Assembly: GCA_965202585.1 (NCBI GenBank)
Contig: OZ241830.1
Coordinates: 73,222,001-73,286,000, forward strand
DNA length: 64,000 bases
From: Thalia democratica
Taxonomy: Eukaryota
Direction: 5' to 3'
The notes beneath the pieces were generated by a model. It searched no databases, was not told the origin of the DNA, and saw only the letters and a list, made by a program, of their open reading frames with translations. This document shows, piece by piece, positions 41,280 to 54,935 of this stretch. Each line of letters opens with the position of its first letter. Position 1 is the stretch's first letter. A program made the position numbers and the translations under genes.

Positions 41280-44200
41280 AGGCGTAACGTTGAATGAATC
41301 TTTCGAAGGGTGAATAAAACACCGGGGATTAACTTTAGTACTTTTGAATGGCTAACAATAGCAATTGGGGTGGTCGGCATATCAAAAGGGGGATTTAAAA
41401 TTCATCAATGATCGAATGGGGTAGACCAAATTAACCGTGATATATGTTAGGGGGTTGACATTAAAATGTTTTGATAGTGTTTGAAACTGTATTGCAAGAC
41501 AACCTATTAAAGTAGAGAAACTGTTTTCAAATTTTAACCGATAAGCTTAATTGCTTTGTATAACTATAAATTAGTAATATGTGGCGTACGACTCGATAAC
41601 CAAAAGGCTCCTTTGTACACCAGGTTCTTAGACCAAACTTTCTGAGCGCTTTTTTATCGTTCAATAAACAATTTATAGTAAAGTTAAATCATCTATAATT
41701 CAACACACAAGTAAATGATACAACAGTTTATAAATGTCGCGAATGTATTTTATGCAATATTTATTACTTAGCAATAAAGTAAGGTGTTTTTCTTTCAATA
41801 AAAACTACTACCTAAAATCAAATATATAATTTTCTATGAAGATATATACCATAAAACGTTTTAATTTACAACGTATAGCTTTTAATAAGTAACTTACTTT
41901 ATACAACTTTAAGCGGTTTTCAAAATAAATAAATAACTTAAAATTTAACAGAACAACTTGTTTGTTTCCACTATAATCGTTGCTTATTGTTAATATTTTG
42001 ATCGAACACATGAAAATCGCTTTTATTATAAAAGTTGTTCAATTACACTTTTAGTTTTAATCAACTATCACTATAATTGTTTGCAGAAACTTAAAACGAT
42101 AAACTACAAACTAATCAGTTAAGTCCAAAAACCGGTTTTAAAACTATTTTTAAAGTTCGTAAAAACTTACAAATTTCGTTGGTTTAAAGCTTGTTTAAAA
42201 CTTTTGTTTTTGTTACTTTTTTTATTTACTTTAGACTCTAAAATTTAGAGCCACATATCTCCGTTTATAAAATAAAATCAGTCAAAATCGAGGCGTAAGT
42301 TTCAAACTGCTATGATCTCACCGCTACGTAAAGTAACAAACACGGAATTAAAAGTGCATCTTTCATAAATAATTAAGTGAGTTTTAGATTAAAGTAATCA
42401 AGAAAAATAAACGTGAACTTTTATTGTCCAGCCAAATTCTACATTTATAAACTGCAAAACTCATTAAATTTAAGTAAAAATGTTGTGTAGTAAACTATAA
42501 TATAAAGCTTCAAAACTGTAAGCATTTTCAATAAATGTAAACTGAATTTGTTTATAACAAAACAATCAAAAAACATAAAAACATGTAAACAAAATATAAA
42601 CATCCTGTTAATTGACCTTGTTTTTGTTTTGTTATGTTTGTGTTTTACACAAAACTTATCTTTTGTTAACTTGCTTACTAAAGTTAGTTTAATAAACCTA
42701 TTTAAAGTGTTTTAATTTTACGAAACAAACAAACAGACCTCAACTAAAAAGTTGCTCAGTTTAGTATAAGTCAACAAATTAATCTTTGAAGGCTTCAGTT
42801 TGGCTTAGCTTTAATAAATTCGTTGATTATTTAATTTCAGAGAATTGTAGTTGTAAGTTAAGAAGTGATTCAAAACTATTTTTTAAGTTTATAATATGTC
42901 AAACCCTCTACTTAATTAACATATTTGTTGTTATATGCTTATTTAATTAAAATTTCTTGCTTGTAAAAGCATCTAAATTCAAAAAAAAAAACCTATAATT
43001 TGAATATCAACACATTTCAAAAGAAACCAAGAAATGTTAACAAAAGCTAATAAGTATATGTTGTTTAAGTTTCTATTATAGTATAAAACAAGTCTGTTCT
43101 AGCACATAAGTTCAACAACAAATTTAATTTTAAGTGATTTATCACACTTTGAAAGTTTTTAAGGTTAAGTGTTTGTTTCTCTCATGAGTCTTGTTTGAAA
43201 TATTTAGCATCGCTTTTGTATTTTCATACTTTAAATTAGTTTTGTAATTTTTTACAAACTTGATGCCCAGTGTAAGCTTTTTACTAGTAGTTCATTTTAT
43301 GTGAAAACTTTAAGTCCTTTATCAATTTTTGTTTATAACTTTTACACTTTTTCATCAATCTTTTTTATTTTTAATTGAAAAAATGTATAAAACTTAGTGT
43401 AAATAGTTATAATATTTAAGTAAATGATTAAAATTAGTAAAGTATAGAACAAATTTAGTAAAATCGTTTTTAAATTACTTTCACTTAATGCTTCGTTTAA
43501 ATTGTAAAATAATGTCTTAATAAATAAATCATCTGTTGTTTAATCTTCACAATAAAAGAGTTAATGCTAAACATACTGACTAACTCACAGGATTTAAAGT
43601 ATAAATGTAAATGGGTCTATTGGTATTAATTTACTATAAATCATTAAGTCTGTCTTTATTATAAATCTTTCCATCAGCTTTACCATAGTCGTTTTAGCTA
43701 TATTGTATTACTCTATAAACTTTACTAGTACTGTATATAAACTTTTGAACGTTTTGTGTTATCAAATTCTATTTACACATTTTCAAGTTAAATAAATAAA
43801 CATTTCTTACTTAAGGTATAAAAATAATTTTCGAAACAAAACTTTTTATGAAAAATGTATATTCTTAAATAAATCATGAAAAGTTAAACCGTTAGATAGT
43901 CAAACTTATAATTTTATTTTTTCATATAACTTTTCTGAATCTAAAAATGTTTAAAGTATTAAAAATGTATTTTGTCCAAACTCAAAAAATAAAATCGAGG
44001 TAAGATGCATTAAATAAAAAATTACTTAACTTTTATAAATGTAAATAGTTTGCGTAGTATAAGATGATTAGACTAGCGTCAAAAATCTAAACAAACACAA
44101 GTTTTGTTTACAACAAACTTATCAAATTTATCAACACAAGTTGATGGGTCTCACCTGGTTCAACAAAATATTTTGATGGATTTCTTACTTTAAACATAGA

Positions 44201-47200
44201 AACGTGTTTCATTGTAAACATTTCCTGCGTTCATAATCTTTTATAATATTTTTAAAGCTATGTTTTGATTAACATGAAGTTTTTCACCGTTAGAATATAG
44301 TTTTATGTTTTACTATGGCTCTGAATTTTGTTTTCCTTTGAGCAAGTTTATCTTATCGGCAAGTTTTATCTTACTTAATCGTAGATAAGCAATTATAAGA
44401 AACTTAAAATAGTCGGCTTAAGTTTGTTTTAGCATTCTTTGTTCTTTTACTGTTTATTTTTGATTTTTTATTGAAAAACTTACCTCTGGAAAACATCAGT
44501 AGTCAAACAGACTTCTATAAGCTATAATGAATGGTCTATTTATTAAAAGTTAATCATAAGTTCAAGAATATTAAAAACATGTTCATTATGTGATTGGTAG
44601 ACCTTAAATAAAATCAAGCATTAATTGTGTTGTTATTGTTATTGTGGTTCTCGACCAATAGTATATTTTGTTTTTATTGAAACAAAATAATAATTTCTTA
44701 CGGAATGACATGTAGTATGAGTAAGCATTCAAAAATTATTTAGGAAAAGGTAAAACCAAAGAGCATAAGATGAGTGCTAACAAAAGCTAAACTTAAAAGT
44801 AATACATTAACAAACGGTAGTAAGAAAAATAAGTTGTCGAAAAGCCAGTCTAAACGAATATTGCAGGTAAAATCTTAATTTTATATCCTTCAGTATATTA
44901 ACAAGCCGTAGTAGTAATGAATAAAGTTTCAAAATTTGTTAATAGGGTGATGTTATTTTAACAAAATTTTAGTTTAACTATAATGTTAATAAACTAAACT
45001 AGATAGTGTATCTATATTTTACTTTTATATAAATCTGTAAAAGTATTAAATTAATTATAGGTATACAACTTGGTTATATAAAAAGTATATTTTAAATTTT
45101 TTCTTCGGTTAATAGCTCTATTTACCTCTTCCAAAATCTTCATTAAAAAAGCAAGCTTTCGAAAAGAACAAAACCATTTGTATAAAAAAACAGTATAAAT
45201 AACAGTTTATCGGTACTCTTTTTTATAAACGAATAACTTAAAAGTAAATTTAATATTGTTCAATTGGTCTTACTTTTACTAGCTTTATATACATGAACAA
45301 ACACCATACAAAACAGGAATTTTTATTTAATGTTTTAAGACAAATATACAAAACACTTAAATTTTCATTCTGAAGTAAAACATACATTTAAAATCAATAT
45401 CAAATTTGTATAACTATGTACGTCATTCAAAGACCTTTCTGTTTGTTTTACTACTAAAATCTTCATGAAAATCAAACAAATAAGACCTCTAAATCCTATT
45501 TGCAATCTACTATATCCTTAGTGATCCAATTATTTTCAATTTTGCTTCTAACTAACACAATTTTTCGATGAAAGTATTTGATGTAGCTTAAAGAAGTTTT
45601 ACAAAGATATAACTATACTTTTGTATGGTTTATCTTTTTTTTTTTAATTTTACTTTGTTTAAATTAAAATAAATCGTGGTCACTTATAAGTATAAATCTA
45701 CTGTTCTGAGACTTTGATAATATACCTCAGGATAGCGAACTAAAAAAATGTTTTTATTTTACAAACTTTGTAATAGTGGCTATGTATTATGTGCATTTAC
45801 TCATAAAAGAATTTTTTTTTAATAAACAACACGTTTTTATACGTTTCAACACATTCTCCCGAACAAATTTTTTAATACGTTTATATTCGAAATGAAAATT
45901 AACCTCGTTATCAAAAACACAAGTTACTTTAAACCTTTAAGAAACAAGTAGCGCTTGTAAACTAGTTTAATTTCAATACTGTGTATTTTTTACAATACCA
46001 AAATTTATTACAGATAATGAATTCTTAAGACATTTTTAAAATATGTTTTTAAAGCTGTTTATCTATATTCTTATAAAAAATTAAAGTTATTTAGTTTTAG
46101 GTAGGTGAATGAACTTATTTTTTTAAATTACTACTGTTTTAAACTATTAAATTTCTTGTACTTGTTATCTTTGTTTTTATGTTTAGGGCTCAAATTAAAA
46201 TCGTGCAATTTCTAACCAAATAATAAACTCTACTTTTTTTTTAGATAAATGTCACAACTTTTTGAAATTTTCAAGTTATTAGTACACTAAATACTCATTA
46301 ACAGTATTTCATCGGTTAAAGTTTTTTTTTTTCAGATTGCACGTTTTTTTTTGCATTTTATGATCAAATACATAGAAACAAAACTCAAGTTTTCTGACGT
46401 AAAATTGTAAATGAAGTATCTATATGTATGCAGAAAAAAAAAACGTTCATCACACACATATACTGCAATTTTTTTTTTTAATTAAGCAAATAAAAAGGTT
46501 CTTAAATATGATAAGTACATATTTTACCTACCTACCATCTGCAAGGCATAAGCATATAAAATTTAAAAAATTGACTAAATTGAGTGACAGCCGAGTAACA
46601 TAAATTTTAAGTTTTTTAGAGAAGCTTTTACTGTTATGTGTACGGAAGCAATTGTGTGTAAATCATAAACAAGTAATTAGCTGCGAATTAAGATAAAAAC
46701 AATCTTGTAAGCGTTTAACTTGGTATATTGTTACAGATGAAGTTTTTAACAATAAACTTTATGTTTGTTGAAATCTATAGTTTATATCATATTTGCAAAC
46801 TAAATTAAATTTAAAAGGTTAAAATTAGAATTAGCTTGTGTATATCTACATACTTAATTTGTAATTTTTCTTTAGTACTTTGTAAGTTATGACAACAATT
46901 CATAAAATACTAATACTTATATAAAAACACTAAATTATATAAAGGAAGATTTATTGAATTATGTTTATATGTAAAAACAACATTTTTATGTTTATTTAAC
47001 TACATAGTTTACTAAAATTTGTAGTGTACGTAATAACCTTAGGTCAAAAGTTAAGGAAAAATTTAGCTTGTTTTATAAAATATGCAAAACATATATGATT
47101 TTTTTTATTTTTAAGATTAAAGGTATCAACAAAAAAATTGATAACAATTATTATAATTTTCCTCATTGAATTCCATTTCTTTATCTTAACATTTTACATA

Positions 47201-50200
47201 CTATTCTTAAATAACTATATTAAATAATATAATTCTTATAGTATTACAAGTTTATTAATAAAAAAGTGTTGTATAACTTTTAAGTAAGCATTAAAAGTCT
47301 TACAACCAAAGCGAGTGTGTTTTTATATATACTCTTTTATCTTTTACAAAGTGTTATTTAGCATGATAGTTAGATAAACACAATAACTTAATTAAATTTT
47401 GTTTACAAAATTTTCTTTTAAAAAGCATTATTAAAACTTTTAAAGTTAAAATACTATCTTAGACATACAGCATGTTTTGCAAAAAAATATTGTGAATTAC
47501 AAACTAAATATTAAAAGTGATATTATACTTTATTTTTTGTTACTTGCAAATTATACCTGAAAAGTAATCTCAAGTATGATTTTAGTTGCTTACAACTTAA
47601 GACAAAGTCGTTTAACTTATCGCTTATAGCAATCTGTTAGATAAAACTTTATGCATCGCAATGAACCGAAACTTGCAGTGAATCTTAGGAATCCTTTGAA
47701 AGATGAACAAAATTCGGGTTTTCATTTAAAGTGAGTTTGTGAATAAAATAAAAACAAAATGGGTGGTCGGTACATCATAAGAGGAAATATACTTTCAGGT
47801 CTTTCATTATCCATAAGCGATTATTGTGTTGAATAGAAGGGGTGAATCAATTAAACGTGATATATGCGATGGGTTTAACAATAAGCATTTTTAAAGTTTT
47901 TTAAATCATTATATAACAAATAAAAAAAATTAAATGTATTTTGACAACTTCTTTTCTTACCTTTTATCAATGTTTTATGAAGTAAAGTATCTTTTGTACC
48001 AAAATTAACATTGGGTTGAATCTTTTATATTATGATAAAATTCTATTAAGTGTATAACAAAATTAGGTACAGCATAAATGTTCACTTCAAGGTTTTGATA
48101 TAGTTAAACAGTATACAAAGTCTTATTGAATATAGTAAAAAAATAGAATAATATGTATAAAATCAAGAGTTTAATACAGTAAAATTGTTGTCTATGTTAG
48201 GTACTATAAGTGTTGTATAAAGTTTTATGAAAAATATAAAATAATGACAATGTGTTTATTCTTAGTACAATCGCTTTTAAGTTCTTGGTCATTTTGTTTT
48301 CATTTATGTCAATCATTTTAGTTTGATATATCATTAGACAATAAGCGCAGTTTTTTTTTTAAATATGTTTGATTTATTTGCACATGTGTTCTTGAACAAT
48401 AGCTTAGGTTTTAGAAAGGCAAAAAGTTAAAAAGATATGAAAACGAACCTGACAAATTAAAGTCAAAAGTTTGTTTAAAGTTTATATTTTTTTAAAGTTA
48501 AAAAAGTTACACTTTCTAATCTTTCATTCGTATAAATACTTTGGATTTTTTTATTAAAGCTCGAACGTTTGTTTACAAAATCAAATCAGTCAAAGTGAAG
48601 GCGTGAGTTGGAACAAGTTCTTACCGCTGAATAAAACCACATACAAGGAATTAAAAGTTGATCCTTCATAAATAATTTAGTTTGAGAACTACACTTTAAC
48701 TTATGGTTTTTGCAGCCAAAAATCGCATTTTGGTCTAAAACAACTACTACAAAGAAAAAAAAAACATTAGTGTTGTAAATAAATATGTATACTGTTTTAT
48801 GCACACCGTAATAAATTCGTAAATAAATTGAAATAAACATAAAACAATTATGGTAGCATAAAGATATGTAAAATGTTGTAAACAACCTGTTAATTGACCT
48901 TAATTATATTTTGTTGTTTATATTAAAATAGTTTATATTAAATAATCGTAACAACTGTAGCGTAATGTATATTTTTTAAATCAAATGAAAAACAAGCTTT
49001 CGTTTTAAATATTACATCAAAGTGGTTTTAAACTAGAAAATTTATTTAAATTTAATTGAAAATGTTAATTTGAATTTTAAATATCTTCGCTTCTAATCAT
49101 TTAAACATTTATCAGTTTTATCGTTTACTGTTTTATATATCAAACCTTTTATATTACTATGTTAAAACATTGATTCAGTATGTGGAAGTGTTTTAGTATT
49201 AAATAAGTCTATTATCATTATTAAATAATTATTATAACAAAAGTAACTAAGTCAATTTCTGGAAAAACTAATAATTTGCTTAAGCTTAACAAAACACATA
49301 TTTAAATATTTTTACTACTTAATGGTTCAGAAGCTTACTTTTTACTTCTTCTGTAATGAAAATGAATTCCTCTTTTGGTTTTGTGTGTTAGTTTTTCAAT
49401 AAATCCCTTACTCAAACTATTTATAACCAAGTCTTGGTCAATATAAATATCACTAGGAGTTTATACTTGATTACAGAACATTTATAAATAAAAGATTATG
49501 GCTTTTCAACTCATCTTAAACAAGCTCCTATGGAAGAAATTTAAAAAAAGAATTGCCAAAATCAGTTTGCTATTGCCTTTTTACTACTTAATTAGCCATA
49601 TACTTCTTCAAATACTTTACAGTTATATCCCCTTGATATCCTAAATCGTCTAGTAATGCAACTTGTTTTGAAAACAAGAAATGTTTTCATTGTTTTATTT
49701 TTAATTTAAGGTTGAAAAAACTGTATCAGCTTAAGATGGTTTTGTTGCTTAAAAGTTACCTAGAAGGTTTTTATGTTACAGTAACTTTGTAGGTTGCTTT
49801 TCCTTAAACAAAGTTTTTAAACCTCATAAATTTATAATATTTATCATCTTTTAACATAAGAAATAGTTCCAATTAACCTGAATGAAACATTTCTGCCTAC
49901 TAATCTATAAACAGTGTGCTATAACTTCAAACAAGTCTGTTTTTAACTATGCACAACCAAAAAAAAAAGATAGCACTTTAGCATTTGAATAAATAATTAT
50001 GTTTATGTAACTTAAGATTAAATTATACATATTAACTAATAGCTTTATAAACTAAGTTTACAACTGTAGCTATAAAAACTTTTTAGAACTTTTCTTCCTA
50101 TTTTTTAATTTAATCGTTTTTTTTTCCATTTGGTGAGGTGTGGGTTTAAAACTAAAAAAAAAATAGGTTTTTAAACTTTAAACAACTTAAAAAAACATAC

Positions 50201-51880
50201 AGGATTTATATTTTTTTTTATATCAAAAGGTATGTTTAGTCTTTATTTTATTTATTTTGCGTTACCACTAACAATTGTTGTAAAGCTTGATATTTTAAAG
50301 AGGTATGCTAAAAAATAACCCATTTTGGCATTTTGTTTGGTAACATGTGTTAAAGAAAATCAAAGAATTGGTAATTTTAAAAAGTTGATAATACAAAAGA
50401 ATATCATTTAGTTGAATCATAAAACGGGATTTGCCTTAAAAATATTTAAAATTTTGAAAGGTTTAGCGCTTAACAATAGTGTATACAAACGAACAAATAT
50501 TGAAAAAAGTTAGATAAAAGTTAAGTAAATTTAAGGATATGCTAACAAAAACAGATTAAATTTTGGTTTTAATTTTCAAATTAGTTTAGCTGTTTGCTTA
50601 CGCTATAAGATGCTGATGAAATAATTTTACTAGCATAAAAAAAAAAAAAGAAATAAATTTCTAAAGACTAAAACAAAAGTAAAAGTTTTCTACTTTTTTT
50701 TCTACTCAAAACACAAATTTTTGTTTAAAACAAACTTATCAAACTTATCAACATGAGTTGAAATATTTCAATTGATTAAAACAAAATATTGTGATGAATA
50801 TCTTACTTTAAACAAAAGAACGTGTTGTATTATAAACACTTCAAAGCTTCACGTTAAAGGTTTAATTTTAAATTTGAGGTATACAGCTTGCTTGTACTTT
50901 ATTTTTCTTTTAGCTCTGAAAAGGCTTATGTTGTTTCCCTGTAAACAAGTTAATCTCATTGGGAAGTACAACGGTGTAATCATTTATTAGACCTTTAATA
51001 AAATTATTTTTATTTAGCTTAAAATGATTAGTATTTTTTGTTATTTCATTTTTTCGGTTTTTTTGAAAACTTTTACTTGTAATCGTCAGATTTAAATAGA
51101 TTTCGCTAACCATGTATGTAAATGCTAATTAATTTTATATATCATAAAGAATTAACTTCATATTCGATTGACATAATGTTTTAAACATTTAATTTTTTGT
51201 TTAATATTTTTGAATGTATTATTAGGTTTATATTATAATAGTTTTCTAATAATAAGTTGTCTTTAAGATTTTATGAGCTACTTCGTCTTATGAGGTCAGA
51301 TTATCCTTTTTTGATAATAAGTTGTTTTAAGCAATTTAATTAAAGTATCTCGTATGAATATAACTCTAAGTACCCTCTTCAAAGTTAAGAGTTTAAATTC
51401 TAAAAGGAGCATAAAACTTTTAAAAAGAAGAATTTTTCCACCGTATATTTTTTTTAATGTTTTATTCATTGCGTTTAATTTATAAACAAGTATTGTTCTT
51501 GCACATTGTTAAGTTCATTGTTTTACAGTGATGAACATTTATCTTATTACTACTAACTGTATATTGTGAACTAGTATGCATAACTTTACAGTGTTATTAA
51601 CAAAACTTTTTACTTAAAGATTTAAAAACGATGTTTTAAAAGTGTTAAACAAATCTTTTATAATGTTTTTATCTTGATGTTAATAATAACAATTAGAAGT
51701 CACAGATCAAATTGATTTTACTTATTTTACAATATACGCCAATCAAAGACCTTTTTGCTTGTTCAGCAGCTTCAGTCTGCCTGGAATTCAAACAAATGAA
51801 ACCTCTAAATCCTATTTGCAATCTACCATAACCTAACTGATCCAATTGTTTTCAATTTTGCTTCCAACTTACACACTTTT
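41280..51880 (+). pseudogene. Decayed tandem-duplicated multi-exon gene of unknown family (paired exon-sized islands)
   Basis: Island pairs 41.30-41.48/47.67-47.89 kb, 42.27-42.64/48.57-48.90 kb, 44.09-44.5/50.7-51.1 kb and 45.41-45.57/51.72-51.88 kb, about 6.3 kb apart. Several substitutions are synonymous in one plus-strand frame, but stops and frameshifts are present. Confidence 0.4.
49230..50640 (+). repeat. ~1.4-kb dispersed repeat, copy 2
   Basis: Aligns to 37095-38510. Confidence 0.85.
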
Positions 51881-54069
51881 TTATGCAAATCTTAATTTCA
51901 AATTTAAATATTATTTAAAAAGATGAATTTATATGTTCGTGAAAAAAAATTGATTTTCAAAGAATATAAATTGTTTTACGCAGGTCTTTTGTTGAAACTC
52001 AGCCAGCCTGAGAAATTGCGCAATGCGTATGAATGTAAATTTTAAGAATAAATTTGTCTCAATATACTTATTTCTATTTTATTTATTTATACGAGTCGTT
52101 ATCTTTCTTTATTCTCTTAAACCAAACTTATTTTAACAATAACAATAAACAATAAATTTTAACTATATTCTACGGTGTTTACAAAAAAAGAATATAAGAT
52201 TAAAAATCTATCCTAATTCAGTTTAAAATCTATTAAAAATTGATATTGTATGTTGAATAATAAAATCAGTTATTTTAGTTGAACCTATATCAATTAAGTT
52301 CAGCGATTTATTTTGTTTAAAATAATTCCTTAAATTTTTTTTTCAAATAAGCTCGAACAAAAATTAACTTTTTTTTTGTAGAATACTGCAAATACAAAAA
52401 CATAACATTGGTCTAAATATTTACGAAACCGGAAAGTTTATATCAACTACCAAGTGTACATTATAATTGTTTGTAGTATGAAAATGTATTTTAGAAAATT
52501 AAAAAAAAAAAAGATTTTCTAAAGCTTCAAAGTTTTAAAAGATATGTTTTTCTTGATATAATTTAAAATAGATCGTGCTTGATAAAAGAGCTAAGAGTTG
52601 ATCAGTAAAAAGTGATGAAAATCAATACCTCATACGAGCAAATGGTGAGTTAATAATTTTTTAACTAAATCTCAGTTCATAATCACATAAATGGACCGTT
52701 AAACCTGACTGTTTGAAACGTGTTTTTATGGTTTTATCTTTTGAAGTTTTGATGCGTGGTTTTTTTCTTAAAATAAATCAGTATATTTTTTTTTGTAATT
52801 GAAGCAAAATTTAAGCCTTTAAAATATATACTGTACAATCATTTAGTACTTTTTTTTTTGCTTAAACTATTTTAATTTTCTTAAACTTGATTTGGCTACC
52901 AAGTCTTTAAAATTAACAAGTATGAATTAAATATTCAATGTTAAAAAAATACTTTTTATTTGTTGATAAAATGAAAACATGTTAAATATAAAAAATTTTT
53001 AAACTCTAATCTAAACAAAACAATTAACTATTTAATTTTTAATATGTGTAGTTTTTATTTCCAAAAGACATTACTTAACAAACAAAAATGTTTAGTAAAG
53101 AGTTACATTTCCGATTAGCTTATGAATGAAAATATTTTTGTTACTAGCTTTAATGTGGTGTTTTAATAAAGTTCTTACTAAATTAGGAATATTTCAACAT
53201 AAAGTATCTAATTGCACTAAAATCAATAAGTTTTAGTTTAAAACTGTAGTACAGTTACAGCTTTGAGTATTTGAAATAAGTATTTTTGTACATTGTATAC
53301 CATATTGTATAAGAAATTATAATGTTCTTTGAAAAAAAGCGCATCTTTAAGATTACTTATAAGCAAAATTTATATCCTATATTTCAATTATTACTCGAAC
53401 TTTTATCAATTTCGCGCGAGATATCATCTTTGTACCTTATTCTTATATATAAAGTCTTTTTGGTTTTGATGAACTAGTAAGAATAAATGATTTTTCATTA
53501 ACAGCTATTTTTTCTATTTGAAACACGCATTAAAAACCCTAGAAAATACTTTAATAATAAAAGTAAAGCATATAAACTTTATGAACCTACTTATAAAAAA
53601 ATTACATAGTCTAAAAAAACTTTCAAAAGTAGTTTTTAGCACTTAACAACCATTGAAAAGCCTTTAAATTCAGTATAGTTTTTTGTTACAGAGCATTAAA
53701 CTAAATAAAGAAATAAAAAAGTTTACTACTTGCTTGTTTAAATGCTATTAATTTGAAAACGGTAAAAATAAATTTGTAAAGAATATGTTGAAAAAACATA
53801 ACTATACAAAATGTTATAAACCTAAGTAACTAAAGGCGCCGCTAAACATTTAAGCTTATTAACGTTGTTTTGAGTTAATTAATAATTCACACAAAATTGT
53901 ATCAGTAAGCAGCAAATACATGATGTGATAATCCGTTAAAATATAAGAAGAATCAGAATTTTGCCTCAAGCAAAATTTGATAACATCTAACTCAAAATTA
54001 ATTTTAGATTAACACAATGCGTCTTACTGCTTTTAATTGTCTCTCAAAAACTTTTTATATTTTAGCTCA

Positions 54070-54200
54070 TTTTCGTGACGTTTTTAATCAACTAGTTGAC
54101 ACGATAACATTAACCCATTTTGGCGTCACGTCTCAGTGACGTCACTTCGTCCCAGCCGGCAAGCGGTGTCGATGACGTCATAATCGACTGCCGTGTCGAC
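54070..54200. promoter_or_regulatory. CpG-rich promoter-like island with two full CRE sites
   Basis: TGACGTCA at 54137-54144 (10-bp palindrome GTGACGTCAC) and 54173-54180, plus CGTCAC/GTGACG half-sites. Confidence 0.45.
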
Positions 54201-54606
54201 TGTTAGTTACTGTTTGTCAAACAAGTGATGGTTTTTTATAGCACATTGAATTTCTTTGTTTTATTTATTAGTTACTACAGTTGTTTAATATTTTATTTAT
54301 TTCTTAAACGTATAACACTTTTATTTATTAAGAATTAACGTTATTACAGTAATTTCAAAGTAAAGTTCCAAAGATAATAAATTTGATAATCGACTCAAAA
54401 AAAAAAGTTATGCTAATTTTATGCAAATTTTTTATCTAATTTTTAAACGACTTTATGTTGACTAAAACAGGACATCTGGAAGAGTTAGTGACGTAACATG
54501 AAATTTCTGACCTTCTAAAAATAGTTTAAAATATATATTGGATAAAATTTTTGGGGTGGGTAAGATGGAGAACATAATCGAGACAGCAGTACGAAGGGAG
54601 GCCGAA

Positions 54607-54935
54607 AGCAGGATCGCACAATCGCGCGCAAAGCGCGCTGTTGTGCTAATTTTGCGAAGCAAAACCGAAAGAAAGCGGAGCTTTCTGAGGTTGAGACGTT
54701 CAAAGAAAGCGTAGCTTTTGAGGCATGAAAGTTAAAGCAAGATCGCACAATCGCGCGCGAAGCGCGCTGTTGTGCTTATTTTGCGAAGCAAAACCGAAAG
54801 AAAGCGGAGCTTTCTGAGGTTGGGACATACAAAGAAAGCGAAACCTTTGAGGCATAAAAGTCAAAGCAAGATCGCGCGCGAAGCGTGCTTTTTTTTGCGA
54901 AGCAAAACCGAAAGAAAGCGAGCTTTCTGAGGCAG
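54607..54935 (+). repeat. 129-bp GC-rich tandem repeat (~2.6 copies) with CGCGCGAAGCGCGC quasi-palindromes
   Basis: Units begin at 54608, 54737 and 54866; the related motif GGCTAGCACAAAAGCGCGC...GCGCGCGGTGTGCGAT occurs at ~55286 and ~55578. Confidence 0.85.

Noticed and set aside
41360-41400. AIGVVGISKGG resembling the ACOT/BAAT nucleophile elbow; on the opposite strand (I/M)(C/Y)RPP resembling a LINE endonuclease motif (also ~47765)
   Set aside because: Flanking motifs are missing, the paralogous island has a stop in the ISKGG frame, and no GDFN follows RPP; too short to call.
51984-52645. Two small exon-like segments with in-frame TGA, suggesting selenocysteine or Trp recoding
   Set aside because: The first segment has a stop-free alternative frame, the phases are ambiguous, no SECIS was identified and the region is decayed; ordinary pseudogene stops are more likely.
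54462-54748. ORFs in the 129-bp GC-rich repeat
   Set aside because: Repeat-derived; the frames differ between units.
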